Position numbers and translations under genes: made by a program
Assembly (NCBI GenBank): GCA_013265495.1
Contig: MU058287.1
Span: 124,001 to 188,000, forward strand
Origin: Vicugna vicugna
Lineage: Eukaryota
DNA: 64,000 bases
Direction: 5' to 3'
Notes under the pieces: generated by a model
What the model was told of the DNA's origin: nothing
Database searches by the model: none
Seen by the model: the letters and a program-made list of their open reading frames with translations, nothing else
Shown here: in pieces, positions 38,146-50,639 of the stretch
How positions within the stretch are numbered: the first letter of the stretch is position 1
Layout of the letters: every line of letters begins with the position of its first letter

Positions 38146-38339
38146 AGACTGAGAGAACTGGAAAGAAGGGGGAGACAGAGAAAGGCTAGAATGGAAAAGG
38201 GGAAAAGGTAAGGGAGAAGAGGAAGAGAAAGGAGGTAATGTCATGGTGAGAAGAGAAATGGCTGCAGAAAAGAGAGAGCTCCAATAATGAGACGGGAAGG
38301 AGGGAGACTGGAGGAAAGGGAGTCAAAAATGCCCCAGGG

Positions 38340-38880
38340 TGAAAGGCACAACGTCAAGGCCAAACCACACAGTCTTTATGCCGTATCTCCTTCATAGCTT
38401 CTTGAGGTTCGGGGATTAATTGTTTACTATGCCAGCGCCCGGCGTAGTGCCTGGCGTATTGTAGGTACTCTGTAATCATTTCATGAATCAATAGATGTTA
38501 GTAGGCTGAGCTGCATCTTCACTGTTCCTTGAACCCGCCAAGCACCCTGCTTGTCTCGGAATGCCCTCTCCCAGAGACCTGCTTGACTCCCTTCATCACC
38601 TCCTTCAAATCTTTGCTCAGTCTCACCTTCTCAGTAAGGCTTACTACGAGCAGCCTGTTCGGCACTGCAACTACCCTCGTGCCCCCGACGTCCCCTTACC
38701 CTGCTGGCACTTACTGCCCTTGACATGTTGTATGCTTTTATCTATATGTTGTATTCATGGCTTACTGTCCGTTTCCCTCTGCTGGAATATAATTTCCATA
38801 AGGGCAGGGATCTTTTGTTTCAGTTACCGATTTATGCCAAGCACCTAGAACAGTTCCTAATTTGTTGTATGAATGAATTG
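38340..38880 (+). mobile_element. Two adjacent L2 3' fragments
   Basis: First ends cgtagtgcctggcgtattgtaggtactc...catgaatcaat at about 38492. Second has ccttcaaatctttgctca and ends ttgttgtatgaatgaat. Confidence 0.75.
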
Positions 38881-39809
38881 ATTTTACCAATATTCTATGT
38901 CCATGTTTTCTCTTCTCTTTTTTTTTTTACCACTTTCTCTCTTTCCTTCCATAATTGTTGACAGAGAATGCAACCCCAAACCATTTACTTCTTTCCTAAC
39001 TTGTATTTTACTTCACTCTTCAAATTCAGCTCCGTTGCAGCCAAACCCTGCCTGCAGGGCCTGCTACCCGCCCCAGAGGGCTTTATCGCTTTATATTGCT
39101 ACTCCTGCCTGAAAAAGGCCAACACTGATGTCCAAAGAACACACCACGGGTCCTTGGAACATCGAAGAGCTACAAGCCGGATAAATAATAGCCTGGATCA
39201 AAGTCTATTGAAAAGCTCTTCCATATATTGGTTATTTTATCTGAGTGTTAGTAATTTTTTCTCTAGGGTAGTGGTCAGACAATAGCTTTTTAAAGCATTT
39301 TCCTGCCATCGCAAATTCCTTTGTAGAACTGATTTTCCATGCAAGGGTAGAATTCAAGGCTAATATTATTTGGCTTACACTCTGCCCTTTTTCTTGCGAT
39401 GAGCAGGCCCAGCAGTAGTGTGAGTTCATCAAAACGTCTATAAATTATATTCAGATATTTTGGGGTCAGCAAAACCCAAAGTGTGGTTTACTCAAGTTTT
39501 TTTACCCCTAATCCTTAAATTCATAGATATGTAGAGTAAACTTCATTCATACGGTTCCCATTCATTTGCCCTTAGCTCTTCATAGTTGGGGGGGAGGGGG
39601 TGTGGTGGGGACAGGCAGGGAGGTATTGTCCTAGGAACTGGCTTCCTTCTTTACTACCACAGACAGATCATTCATTAGCCACAGACCTAACTCCTTGGCA
39701 GAAGTCCATCCCTATATCCTTTCCAGTTCCCTTTTAATTGAAGCTCCAGCCTCAGCAAGCATCAGTGATCGCTGCCAAAGAAAGTGAAGTGGAAAAAAGC
39801 TGCATTTTC

Positions 39810-40090
39810 TATCATAGAGGCACAGAATCCCAGACTCTTAGACTTGGGAAGTGACCCGAAAGATCATATGATACTTAAATCACCTGAACAATATGCTGGC
39901 AAATTCCCTCTCGGTCTCTGCTTAAGCATCGCTAGTGAGGGAGCTTCAAACAGTGGACCAAGACCAAGGGGTCTTCAGGACCCCTTAGGAAAGACTCAGG
40001 ACGAACTGAGTCTTCTGTTCTTTTTGAGTCCAAATCTGCCCAGTCCTTTCATCCACTCAGGACTGAAGCATCAGTTTTATTTGTTCTCCT
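39810..40090 (-). mobile_element. CR1/L3 3' fragment
   Basis: cagactcttagacttgggaagtgacccgaaagatcat and tctctgcttaagcatcgctagtgagggagct motifs. Confidence 0.55.
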
Positions 40091-40099
40091 CGTGTTCCC

Positions 40100-40880
40100 T
40101 TCCAAGAGGACCTCACTCTCCCTCATGACTTTAATCTCTGCCCTACACGGGTGTTCCCAAGTCTGTACTTCCTAGTCCAACTTCCCCTGGGGCATCACAC
40201 TCTGCATTTGACACAAGGACCTTGAGATAAACATATTGAAACACTATAAACTTAATATAAACATGTTGAAACAAACTCACTAACCCCTCCTCTAAATCTT
40301 GTAACTCATCTTGCATTGTCATCTCAATAAAGGCAGGGTGCATCCAAAAGTTTCTCTTTCTACCACACCCTACACAGTTAGTTGACAAGCTGTATTATGT
40401 TTATACCTCCAGAGATGCTGCCAAGTCTGCCCCAGCCTCCTTACCGCCACCATCCTTGCTTTAGTTCAACGCTTCATCCTCACTCAACTGAAATTGAGGC
40501 AACAAGTTCAGTTCATCTCTCTGCCTCGCAGGTCTCCTCACCAGACCTCTCTCCACATTGCTGCCTCAGATACTTTTCTAGAAGAACTGACGTTCTGATG
40601 GCCCCTTTCTGCATTTCTTTCTCAGATACCACCTGTGAGTGAAGCGGTCCAGAGACCTAGGCATCTGAGTGGGTCGCCTTTCACTGCACTCAGAACACTT
40701 TGTTCATACACCTGTGGTTTCTCTCATGGCATTGTTTGGTTACTATTTATTTACTGGTTTATTCCTCCAGTCGGCTATGAGGCTGTAAAGGACTGCAACT
40801 TTTTTTCATACTTTCCTCCAAATCCTAGCACAGTCCCTGGCATTTAGTGCCCCTTCAGCCAACGTTTATTGAGGAAATGG
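40100..40880 (+). mobile_element. L2 fragment
   Basis: Ends cctagcacagtccctggcatttag...aacgtttattga. Confidence 0.7.
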
Positions 40881-41682
40881 TACCCAAGCCCTTTCCCATC
40901 ACATTCAGTCTCCCCAGCCAGGCTTCCACTTGTCTCGATTTGTTTTTCCAGTTTCATGTGACTTGGCAAGTGCACAGCAAAGCGCTTTAGCCATCGTCTT
41001 TGCTGATCAGTGTTGTCCAAGCTTCCGTTAACTTTTTAGGCCGTTTCATTATACACTACACTAAAACTTCCGCATCGTCCTTTCCTGACCAGTGTGTGGT
41101 CAAGCTAAGATTTAAAGTTGCTGTTATTTTTGTTTTTTATACACAAAATTCAAGACCCTTCGATGTCTTCCAAGTGAATTCCACCTTGTTAAGCACAGTG
41201 TGATTATGGGACGGGCCCTGGGGAAGCTGCCGTACTAAGAATGGGAGGATCGTTGAATGGATAGATGGAGATTTAATAAAGTGATGTATTCTTTGTTTTG
41301 AATCCTGGTGCTTAAGTTTGTGCCATTGAGTTGAAGCTGCTTTGGAGACAACACTCTGGGCAACGTCAGTAACAAAAGAACTGATTTTTCGGAGCAGTAA
41401 ATTTTAACCACGTGGTAACTGCGCTTAGAAGGATGGTTGATTCATAAGGTCAGGACAGCTGTTTAGATACAGATGACATGTGGTGGCAGAAGGGAAGAGA
41501 GGACAGCTGTAACACTGCTACTGAAAATGACTCCCCTTGTCCAAGCTCACCCTTGCGAATGGACTCACCAGGAGTGAAATGCCTGTCGAGCTGCCCAACC
41601 CCATGGCCCTTGCTATGCCCAGGGACTCCCTCCCTGGAGCTTTCACATCAAGTTAAAGAGATGCCTTGAAACATGAATTGTC

Positions 41683-41750
41683 GGGGGTTGGGAGTATAGC
41701 TCAGTGGTAGAGCGTGTGCTCGGTGTGCACGAGGTCCTGGGTTCAATACC
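41683..41750 (+). mobile_element. Vic-1-like SINE head only (tRNA-like region, no tail)
   Basis: gtatagctcagtggtagagc (A box) ... gaggtcctgggttcaata (B box). Homology to the other copies stops abruptly. Confidence 0.8.
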
Positions 41751-41823
41751 AAGAGTGTGGAGATGAGGACCAAAAGTTGTCACTGTATTTCACAAACGTA
41801 TTTCAAGATGCTAGTAAACATTC

Positions 41824-41892
41824 CTGGCATTTTAGACTTTTTTCCTTTTCATTTAAGCTGACATTTTAGATTTTTTTCCTTTTCATTTCAGC
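41824..41892. repeat. Imperfect 34-bp tandem duplication
   Basis: ctggcattttagacttttttccttttcatttaag versus ctgacattttagatttttttccttttcatttcag (3 mismatches). Confidence 0.85.
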
Positions 41893-42593
41893 AAGAGTGA
41901 TTTTTCCCCCATCATTCTGCCATATCCGTATTCAGCAAATGAGCTTGCACTTAATGATCTAATTAAGGTGTGTTTTAACCTAAGTGCAAGGATTAGCCCT
42001 GATTGGTGGAAATGTTTCCCCTTAATGCAAACTCTCTCACCCTTATCAAATACGTTAACACGTTAATTCACGTGACCCAGTAATATATCTAATTATCTTG
42101 TATGTCCAAGCGCTGCTGTTCACATTGTCACCATATAAACGTTTTAGGGTCAAATGACTGATGTTAATAAGCATTCCTTTCTACACCTCCCTGCTGCCAT
42201 GACTGCTCACACCACAGAATGTCTTTTTTGCTCCATTCTGTTTCTTACCCCAGGTCAACTAAAAAAAAAAAGCCACCCCATTTCTGTACATCAGAAGTTT
42301 CATGGATGCAGACCTGAGAGCCACCTAGAAGGGGGACCGAAGCAAGTGACCTCTGTAGCTTTCTCTGCTTTTATTGTTCTGGGAAAACAGTTTAGTGTAC
42401 GTGATTTAAGAGGCTAGTACAAAACAGAATTCTTGGCTCGACAGTCTTTGTAAATTTCTGTACTGAGTCCCGCAGAGGCAAGTTTACCACTCATTGTGAG
42501 AACTATGAGATTGTAGCCATGGAAGTCCATAGCACAGTGCTTGCCACGTAGTACGACCAATAAATGTAAGTCCTCTAAAACAGAACAGGGTGA

Positions 42594-42630
42594 GATAAGG
42601 TAAGGTAAGATAAGATAAAATAAAATAAAA
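42594..42630. repeat. Pentanucleotide repeat (RRTAA)n
   Basis: gataa ggtaa ggtaa gataa gataa aataa aataa. Confidence 0.8.
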
Positions 42631-45600
42631 ATCCCTTAGCTAATGATTTTAACTTATTATCATATAATAAGTAACAAGTTAGTGTCAAATTCTGTCTGAA
42701 GCTTCAAGGGAAGACACCTGGGTGGAAATCTTGTGTTTTTAGCAACACAGAATTTGTATATACTCCTAACATAGAAAGTTAATGAAATTCCTTAAAAGCT
42801 CATATAAAATGTAAAATATTTATCCTTTGACATGGACTTCAGATCTTCATTTATTTTTAAGCATTTACGCACTGTTGCACTTCTTGAAAAGAACTTTGCT
42901 TAAACTCAGAATTTGACTGTTAATATTCACACATATGGCAAATATGAACTAATCAGACCACAGATATTTTGCTGCATTCCATGGTGTCTCATTTATTTGT
43001 TTAATTTGCAGCTATAGCAACTGGATTCCACCACTGCAGGCTTTCACACAGAACTACAGTCTGATCAGCGTGGTCCAAGTTTGGCACTCAGCACTGCACT
43101 CAATTGAAGACATATGCACAAACTCACTTACCACATATTTTAACCCAGTTTTCACACTGGGTAGATATGTAATATTTGCATGAAAATATAAAAAGCCACT
43201 GTCTGCAAGGATAGTAGGCAATTAAAAGATGCTGTGACCTTCTTTTCTGTAACATTTCAAATCTTAAAATTTTCTTGGCATGCTTTTCGAAAGCCCATCT
43301 GACTCTGAAGCAGCCTGCCTCTCCACAGAAGGCTCACTCCAGCAATGACTAATGGATTGACCTGGTGCCATGCTAGTGCTGCTCCACACACGCTGCTCTG
43401 CACAAGACGAGCATTTGGAAATGACCTTGAAACGGAGCTTTGCCAAGTTAGTGAAATATGGGCCTTCCAGGAGTGCCATTTCACCAGTCATTTCCAGAAG
43501 GGTATTTGCCACATTGTCAAAACTCGGCCCCTTCATTTGGTCTTGGTTTACCATGAGAGTTTAACATACACAAGGAACAATGCTCCTTCTCGATTTTATT
43601 AGTTGCACTTTTTAACAGGTTGGAAAAATTAGGTAATGGTGAAAATTGGCGTCCCACTGTTGTTTCTCTTAGGTGCTTTTTTCTTTTTTCCAAACATTTG
43701 CTGAAGGAAAGGAAGATGCTCAAAGGGTCCAATTGTAAGTGGGGAGATGGGAGCTTAAAATGGAAGGAAAGCTGCAAAGAGGGTGAAGATGCACTTCACA
43801 GATAAAGAAAAGGCGGTAGGAAGAAGTAATTCTCTGTGCTCAACTGCCCAGTTGATATGATTCCATTTCATCAGATTTAGACTCCAGGCAGGGAACATTT
43901 CTTTTATCTTGGTGTGCACACCCATACAGTAATCAGTTGTAGTTGTTTAAAAATGTTCATCGATGTTGACCTCCATCGGCGCTGCACGGTTTTCTGTTTG
44001 ACTGAGCACGATTTTCTGTTTACGTTGGTGCACAATGTCCCCTTTTGATTGCACTTCTCGTGCTGGCGAAGTTGGCTGACATTTCACGATCTGGATAACG
44101 AAGCTGTGCTTTTACCTTACTTGGAAGTCAGTGATCAGGCTCTTGGACTGGTATGACTTGGAAATGTCCCCCTCAGCTTCTCTTCCTGTGACCTCGCTTC
44201 CACCATCATGGGGCAGTTGTGACAGTCCAAGGTCAGGGCCATCTAGGTGGGATGCTGGAAGGACATGGGGAACAAGTCATTTCTCTTAGTTCATTCTTAA
44301 TTCTCTTCAGTCTTCGTTACTTCTCTAAAGCCAGCTCTCAGATTTTTACACAAAATCTGATTCTATACTTATTAAAAAAAAAAAAAAAGAAGAAGAAGAA
44401 GACCATTCAGTTCCTCTAGAGCTCTCTGAAGAGACTGTAAAAGACCTCTGGCCAGTCTCATTTTTAAAATGCTGATAATCCTCGCTAAGTAATCCTGGGA
44501 AACATACATCTATAAGATCAGGGCAACATTACTGTCAACAGCAACTTCCCAGAACATTCCTTCTTACTTCATCTGGGATTTTTCAATAAGTAATTTGATA
44601 TTTCTGTGAGTATAAACTGGAATCACTAAAAATGAAGGCATTTTTTCCTTATAAGCTCAAGCCTTCCAGACTCATCATTCTGTAGAGTTACATAAGTAAG
44701 CCATGCAACTAAGCTAAAGTCTAAATTATAGAATATAATCATTGCAACACTGTTCACATTTCATACAGTAACTTATGTTAAAACCAGTTACATATTTGCA
44801 GAACAGTTTTTACATGCAACAGTTTATACTGAAGTCAAGTTTGGTGATTTTTCATTAGATTTTGCTACATGTCATACTGTAGATTATTTGCTTGTGATTT
44901 TTTATTTTTCCTCCCCAATTGCCAGTATTTGGAAAGTTCACTTGAAAAGTTCTGGCCTTGGAAACTCAGAAAGATTCCTTTATCTTATGCTGTTTTCTTT
45001 ATCTGTCTGTACTTAGGGTGGTTTGCTTTAAATTGCAGTATTACACTTTTTTTTCCCCGTTTAAGTGTTTTTAAGTGGAGAATATTATTTCCCAAATAGC
45101 CCTTATCCCTAATCTAGAGCTCTCTCATATTAACATAGCTGATTTTTAAGGTGCTTCCTAAAACATCTTTCAACTTCTTAAAGTAGGAATTAAAAAAAAA
45201 AAAAAAGACTGAAGAAAGAATGATAAAAAGGGGGAAATGCAGCAGGGAATATCAACCATAAGGAACGCCTGACTTCTGGCGTTCAATGTCATAGATCACA
45301 GACCACAGGAACTGAGAGACAAAATGAAAAAGAGAAGCTTTTGACACTCTGGGGATCCTTGTGTCCTTCTTGTCTTGCTGACTTCAGCACGCAGCACTGC
45401 CTTTCTCCGCCTGGTGACATTTTTCATTTATCTTTTCGGTAAACATTTTAGATCTGAGGAAGTAGGGGGCTTATCATTATTCTGTATAGTCAGATAATAC
45501 CTTCACTGTTACGCTATGTTCACAATCTCACCATCCTGTTTCTTACAATCATGCGAGATTAGTCATGTGTATGTGAAAAGAATGTAAAGCATTTTCTTAT

Positions 45601-45815
45601 GAGAAATGTATTTATTCTGCATTCCCACTTGGCACCTTTCAGTTGAACAAGGGCTTCTCTCAAAAGGTAGGGACCTCCTCAACCTTTATTCTAACATAAT
45701 GGCACTTTGTCCTCTTTGCTTTCATGACTTATCATTGCAAAATCTCTCTCAAATCTTTTCTGTGTACCTTCATATGTACTTATAGTAGAACACACAGTTG
45801 AAAGAAATGTGATCC

Positions 45816-46307
45816 TGTACTGGTCAGGGTTCCCCAGAGGAACAGAATCAATAGGATGTGTGTAAAGTGTACAATAAGGTCTTGGCTGACATAATCGTGG
45901 AGGCTGAGAAGTCCCAGGATCAGAAGCCAACAAGCTAGAGACCCAGGAGAGCCAGTCCTGTAGTTTCAGTCCAAGTCCAAAGGCCCGAGAACCAGAAGAG
46001 CAGATGGTGCAGGTTCTCGTCCACATCTGAGTCCAAAGGCAGAAGAAGACCAGTGTCCCAACCCCAAGACCTCCAGGCAGAGACAGCAAATTCTCCCTCA
46101 CTCAGCCTTCTCTCCTTTTTAGGCCTTCAGTGGGTTTGGATGAGGCCCACCCACTGGGAAGGGTAATCTGCTTTACCCAGCCTACTGATTCATATGTTAA
46201 TCTCATCCCAGAACACCCTGAGAGACACAACCAGAATCATGTTATGTAACTAAATACCTGGGCACTCTGTGGTCCAGTCAAGGTGACATGTAAAATTAAC
46301 CATCACA
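45816..46307 (-). mobile_element. ERVL solo LTR (MLT2-type)
   Basis: tgtactggtcagggttccccagag start and aaaattaaccatcaca end, with perfect TSD GATCC at 45811-45815 and 46308-46312. Confidence 0.92.
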
Positions 46308-47779
46308 GATCCCCTCTGAAAACTCTTCTTTCCCTTTAAAAACAACTCCATTTGTAGAGGGCTGAATAATGCTTTCCTCCTTCCATGTCAGTAATGTTGC
46401 ACTAATGTTGGTCAGAGAGTTGGGCCAGATCTCATGCTCAGAGACCAACTGATCAATGTTGGTTGATTTAGTCTCGTGCACCATCTGTATTTTTTTTTAA
46501 TGCTCCCTTACATGGTTCTGAGGCACAGCCAACTTTGAGAGCCCTTGAATTCACTGGACTCTAGGCTTTCTTGGGGTTCGATGAAAGTGGTTGATGGAAG
46601 GGCGCAAAGAGGGAAGTCACCGTGGTGATGGCTGGAGCAGAGTTGAATGGCGCATACAGCAAAGAGACAAACCTGGGTGAATGTGCATAACCAGATCAAC
46701 CTAACCACTATGGGTTGGTGCCTTGGTTTCTACTGAGATAAAATACTGGCACCATCCCAAGATTCTAGGAAAAATGAATCAATATTAACATTACTTAGAT
46801 GAGTAAAAGCATAATGCATCTGTCAATTATCATTAATCTTTGAAAATATTTATGAATTTAAATGGTCTGTAACTAATTAGAGATGGCAGTTTATGGGGGC
46901 TATGGGTTTCCTCTGAGTTATATGAAACAAAATATTAATCTTTTGTATAATTCTATTTCTTACAAAATGGATTTTTAGTTGTCTGTGGGATTTTTAAAGT
47001 TTTATTTTATTTTCTTGGATTTCATTCCTTTTCCATAAATCCTACAAGGGGAATTACAATGAGGTGAGTCACAGTCTCAACACTTCTGGGGCTTCTACCG
47101 GTAAAGCTTGGAACATAGAGGATTTAAAAAAAAAAAAAAACTGTGTTTGGGAAACATGGGAAAAGAAAAAGAGGGAGGAAGCGGGGGAGGAGAGAAGGAA
47201 GGAAGGGTACAAAATACGTTACTTTATATTACATTTTTTTGACTTAATGGCATTATAAAGGTAAAACTTCCATAGTAGCCATCAGTATGTTGTAGACAGC
47301 CTGGACAAATGGGTTTGGGTTTCAAAAGTTCATTCATGAGCTAGTCATTTGGAACTGGGAACGTATTTTCACACAAAAATTTTGTTCTGTAAGTGGCCAT
47401 TCATTTTCGAGGCTAACCCATAAACTCTCCTCATTCTGTTGTGAAGCTGACTGACTGTGCATTTTCAGTGATAAATAGTAGATGATATGTTGGAAACTTG
47501 TACATCTAAAGAGCATAAAAGTAATGAAATCAACTTCTGAGTCACTTAACAGTTTTCCCTCGTACGCTGGTGCTGGAGTGAGAGCAGATTTGATTGGAGG
47601 AGCATGAGGATGTTCAAACATCTTATGTGGGTATTTGGGAGCGCTAGTCAAAGGAGCAGACACCATCCTTTCTTGAGGGTCTCTGCAGCCACGTGTACAC
47701 CTCAAGCCTGTCACCCAAAGGCAGCACACTTAGACCACCTTAGTGAGTTCTCACTAAGGATGCCTGTCCTTCCTGCAGC

Positions 47780-47920
47780 AAATATAGTGGAGCCCAAACC
47801 ATGTGTGATGTGCTCCTTACCATTTAGGCCAGAAGGAAAAACAGGAAGTACCTCTCTCCTTGTGGAGCTTGTATTCCAGGGGGAGAGACAATCAAATAAC
47901 TGTGCAAATAGAGGACTTAT
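47780..47920 (-). mobile_element. L2 fragment
   Basis: tcttgtggagcttgtattccagggggagagacaa-like motif. Confidence 0.5.
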
Positions 47921-48029
47921 GATTCATCCATTTTTATGAAGAATTATATATGAGCTTTAAAGTCCATACATATTTATAAGGAATAACAATGACTTCTGGG
48001 ATTCACCTGGGGCTGGGGGCCATAAATCT

Positions 48030-48220
48030 TAGCTAAATACTTGCCATGGGCCAGCCGTTTACTTGCACTATCTCATTTCATCCTCAGAGTGACCCTGAGG
48101 GGCAGGGATCATTATCACCATTTCTGAGATTCAGAGACGTTAATATGTCAAAGCTGGTAGGACACTGTAGCAGAGCCTGGATGCAAACCAAGGCTGTCTG
48201 ACTCCAGGCACTTTCTGCCA
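48030..48220 (-). mobile_element. MIR
   Basis: tatctcatttcatcctca, attcagagacgttaa and gcagagcctggatgcaaaccaaggctgtctgactcca motifs. Confidence 0.75.
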
Positions 48221-48854
48221 ATCAGCAAAACGACCCTGGAGATAGTTCCTATTATTCATCTCAGTATTTTTTATATAAGTGTCCATGCAATAATCTCCTC
48301 CTAGAATTTAATGATGGAAACAGCGCTGTCTTTCCTGGTGCTAACGTGTTCCTTTTCATTAGTGCAGGCTACTTCTGCCTCTCCTCTGATGCCACATTTA
48401 GTGTTCTCACTCCATAGCGGGCACACCTGCAGCTTCCAGTACAGTTTTCTCTCCTTTCCCACCATATTTTTTTTTTTTTTGCCTGATTCTTTGTGTTGAC
48501 TTTGTGTTTACTGCAAGCTGCCTTATCCTTTTGAGAAATAGTTAGAATTTACATTACACAAATAGACAAGAACTAGTTATGACTTCCGGAATTCCTTGGT
48601 GCTCCTTTTTTGTATCTTCCACATGACCTAGACCTAGCACTTAGGAATGAGAAAGTGCTGATTGATTGTTAACTGATCATAGCAATTCTGAAGGACAGCT
48701 GTGGTTATTTTATTTAAGAGGATGAAGACGTTGATGGCTCTGGCCATATATACTAACTTCATTATAAGACTTACCACTGTCCCTTTCCTTAATAGAAATT
48801 TATCTCTTACATTGTCTTCTGTTTGTCACTCACAAATGGAATATAAAGGACAAT

Positions 48855-48990
48855 GGTGACAGCTAGCATACATCGCACTCCCCCTCTTGCTGTGTAAGCA
48901 CTTTGTAGATTACTTAATCCTCACAACCTTATCATTATTTGCACTTCATAGAAGGAGAAACTGAGGGTTAGAGAATTTAAGTGGTTAATG
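48855..48990 (-). mobile_element. MIR fragment
   Basis: acttaatcctcacaacct...gagaaactgagggttagaga. Confidence 0.65.
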
Positions 48991-49676
48991 GGGAAATAAC
49001 CTTTCTCCTGGTAATTTGGCAAGAGATGGAAGAAAAGAGTAGACAAAGAAAAAGGATTATAAAAGAGAGATAAATTGCTTCAGGTATGATCACTAAAATG
49101 CAGAAGCAGGCAAGTAAGAACTGCAAGTGATTTAGAAGGGACTCATTCTTCCTGCCCATCCCCTAGTCTGTTGACCCAGAGGACGGAGAAGTCACATGCA
49201 AATGGTTATTTTTGTGTATGAGATATTCTCAAATCAGGAGATAATAACTTGGTGGGAGGATGTACTTAGAAATTTCTTTAATCCACATATTTATTTGGAT
49301 AATTTTGAGTTATATAGTTAAATGTGTGGACAGAAACCTAAAGGTCTTCTTTACCCTTCTGGGCAGCCCTTGTTTTCTTGTGGGACCTGTCCTGCTGTAA
49401 CCTTAGGATCCCTGGAGAATCCAGACATGTGCTTGATCTTTCTATCTCCTGGCGGGCGACCCCCAACATGCTCACAGTCATTACTGCTGTGGGAGCAGCT
49501 CCCAAGGCTCTCAGGGCACATCTGTGGCTCTTCCTGGCAGAAGGACAAAGAAAAGGGTCCTCTCTGTCTTTCACACTGGAAAGAGGGAGAAGCAGAACTT
49601 TTGGGTCTCCCCCAAGGAATGAGGAGGAGTCAGAGTAAGAGGTGAACCCACTCATGGGTATTGGCTCAACAGCAAC

Positions 49677-49808
49677 TTAACACTCTTGTGCTTGGGGCTG
49701 TGCTGGATACTGATTTTGTTCTTCTTGAGAAAGAAGAGCCAATTAACACTCTTGTGCTTGGGGCTGTGCTGGATACTGATTTTGTTCTTCTTGAGAAAGA
49801 AGAGCCAA
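49677..49808. repeat. Perfect 66-bp tandem duplication
   Basis: ttaacactcttgtgcttggggctgtgctggatactgattttgttcttcttgagaaagaagagccaa occurs at 49677-49742 and 49743-49808. Confidence 0.95.
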
Positions 49809-50571
49809 TCCTGGGAGAAAAACTAAAGCTCCAAGAAAGGCTGGAGGAGGAAAGAGCTTCAGTGACCAGTTTTCAGGAGCTGAAATTGGAAGTAGATGCA
49901 GTGATTGGGGGAGAATTTCCATTCATGCTGAGCTTAGGGAACTCAAATGGGTGTTATTTGGAAGAGAAGTAAAAGATATGGGCACAACTGTAGCTGTGGT
50001 TCGAGAAATGAGCAGGGTCTTGAATCTAGGAAAGCTCCATGTACCAAAAACTAGTTTCGGCTTTATTTTTTAGGAAACAAGAAGCAGGGCAAAGTTTTGC
50101 ATGAGGAAGATGATTTGATTTACACATTAGAGAGATGGGAAAAGAAAGGGTGACCAAGCTGGAGGAACGGCATATGCAGAGACGGGAAATACCACGGTAT
50201 GTTGGACAAGCTGTGTGGACAGTAATCTGACTACAGAAAAGGTACAAGGAATTTGATGGCACCGGGAGGTCACCCAGGGCTGGGCTGGAAATGCTCAGTG
50301 TTCTGGCCAAGGAGACGGAACTTGACCCTAATGGCTTTGGGGAGTGGCTGAGGGGTTTTAGAGGGAAAGCAGAGTCAGACAATTATTTCCTTCTCCGGGG
50401 TTGAGGGAGAAGGACTGACAGGGACAGCGTGGATTTAGGAGGGGAGGCAAGAGCCTGAGAGTGGAGCCTTAGCCAGTGCCCATTCGACAAGGAGGAAAAA
50501 CTGAGAAGGTGCCATGGCAGGCGTAGGGGAACAGCTCCGGGAGAAGGTGGAGAGGAACCAAGAGAGGAGAG

Positions 50572-50639
50572 CACTTCCGGGGTGTCGGGGCACTTCTGGG
50601 GTGTCGGGGCACTTCCAGGGATGTCGGGGCACTTCCAGG
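50572..50639. repeat. 19-20 bp GC-rich minisatellite, about 3.5 copies
   Basis: cacttccggggtgtcgggg / cacttctggggtgtcgggg / cacttccagggatgtcgggg / cacttccagg. Confidence 0.92.

Noticed and set aside
41683..41750. tRNA-Ala-like gene
   Set aside because: It matches the SINE heads at about 15840 and 30430, lacks the 3' acceptor stem, and has no oligo-T terminator.
49661..49972. 103-aa ORF with an internal 22-aa repeat
   Set aside because: The repeat is simply the 66-bp DNA duplication, and the ORF starts at TTG in decayed repeat-like sequence.
50572..50639. CRISPR-like array
   Set aside because: Head-to-tail repeats without unique spacers, no cas genes, mammalian context.
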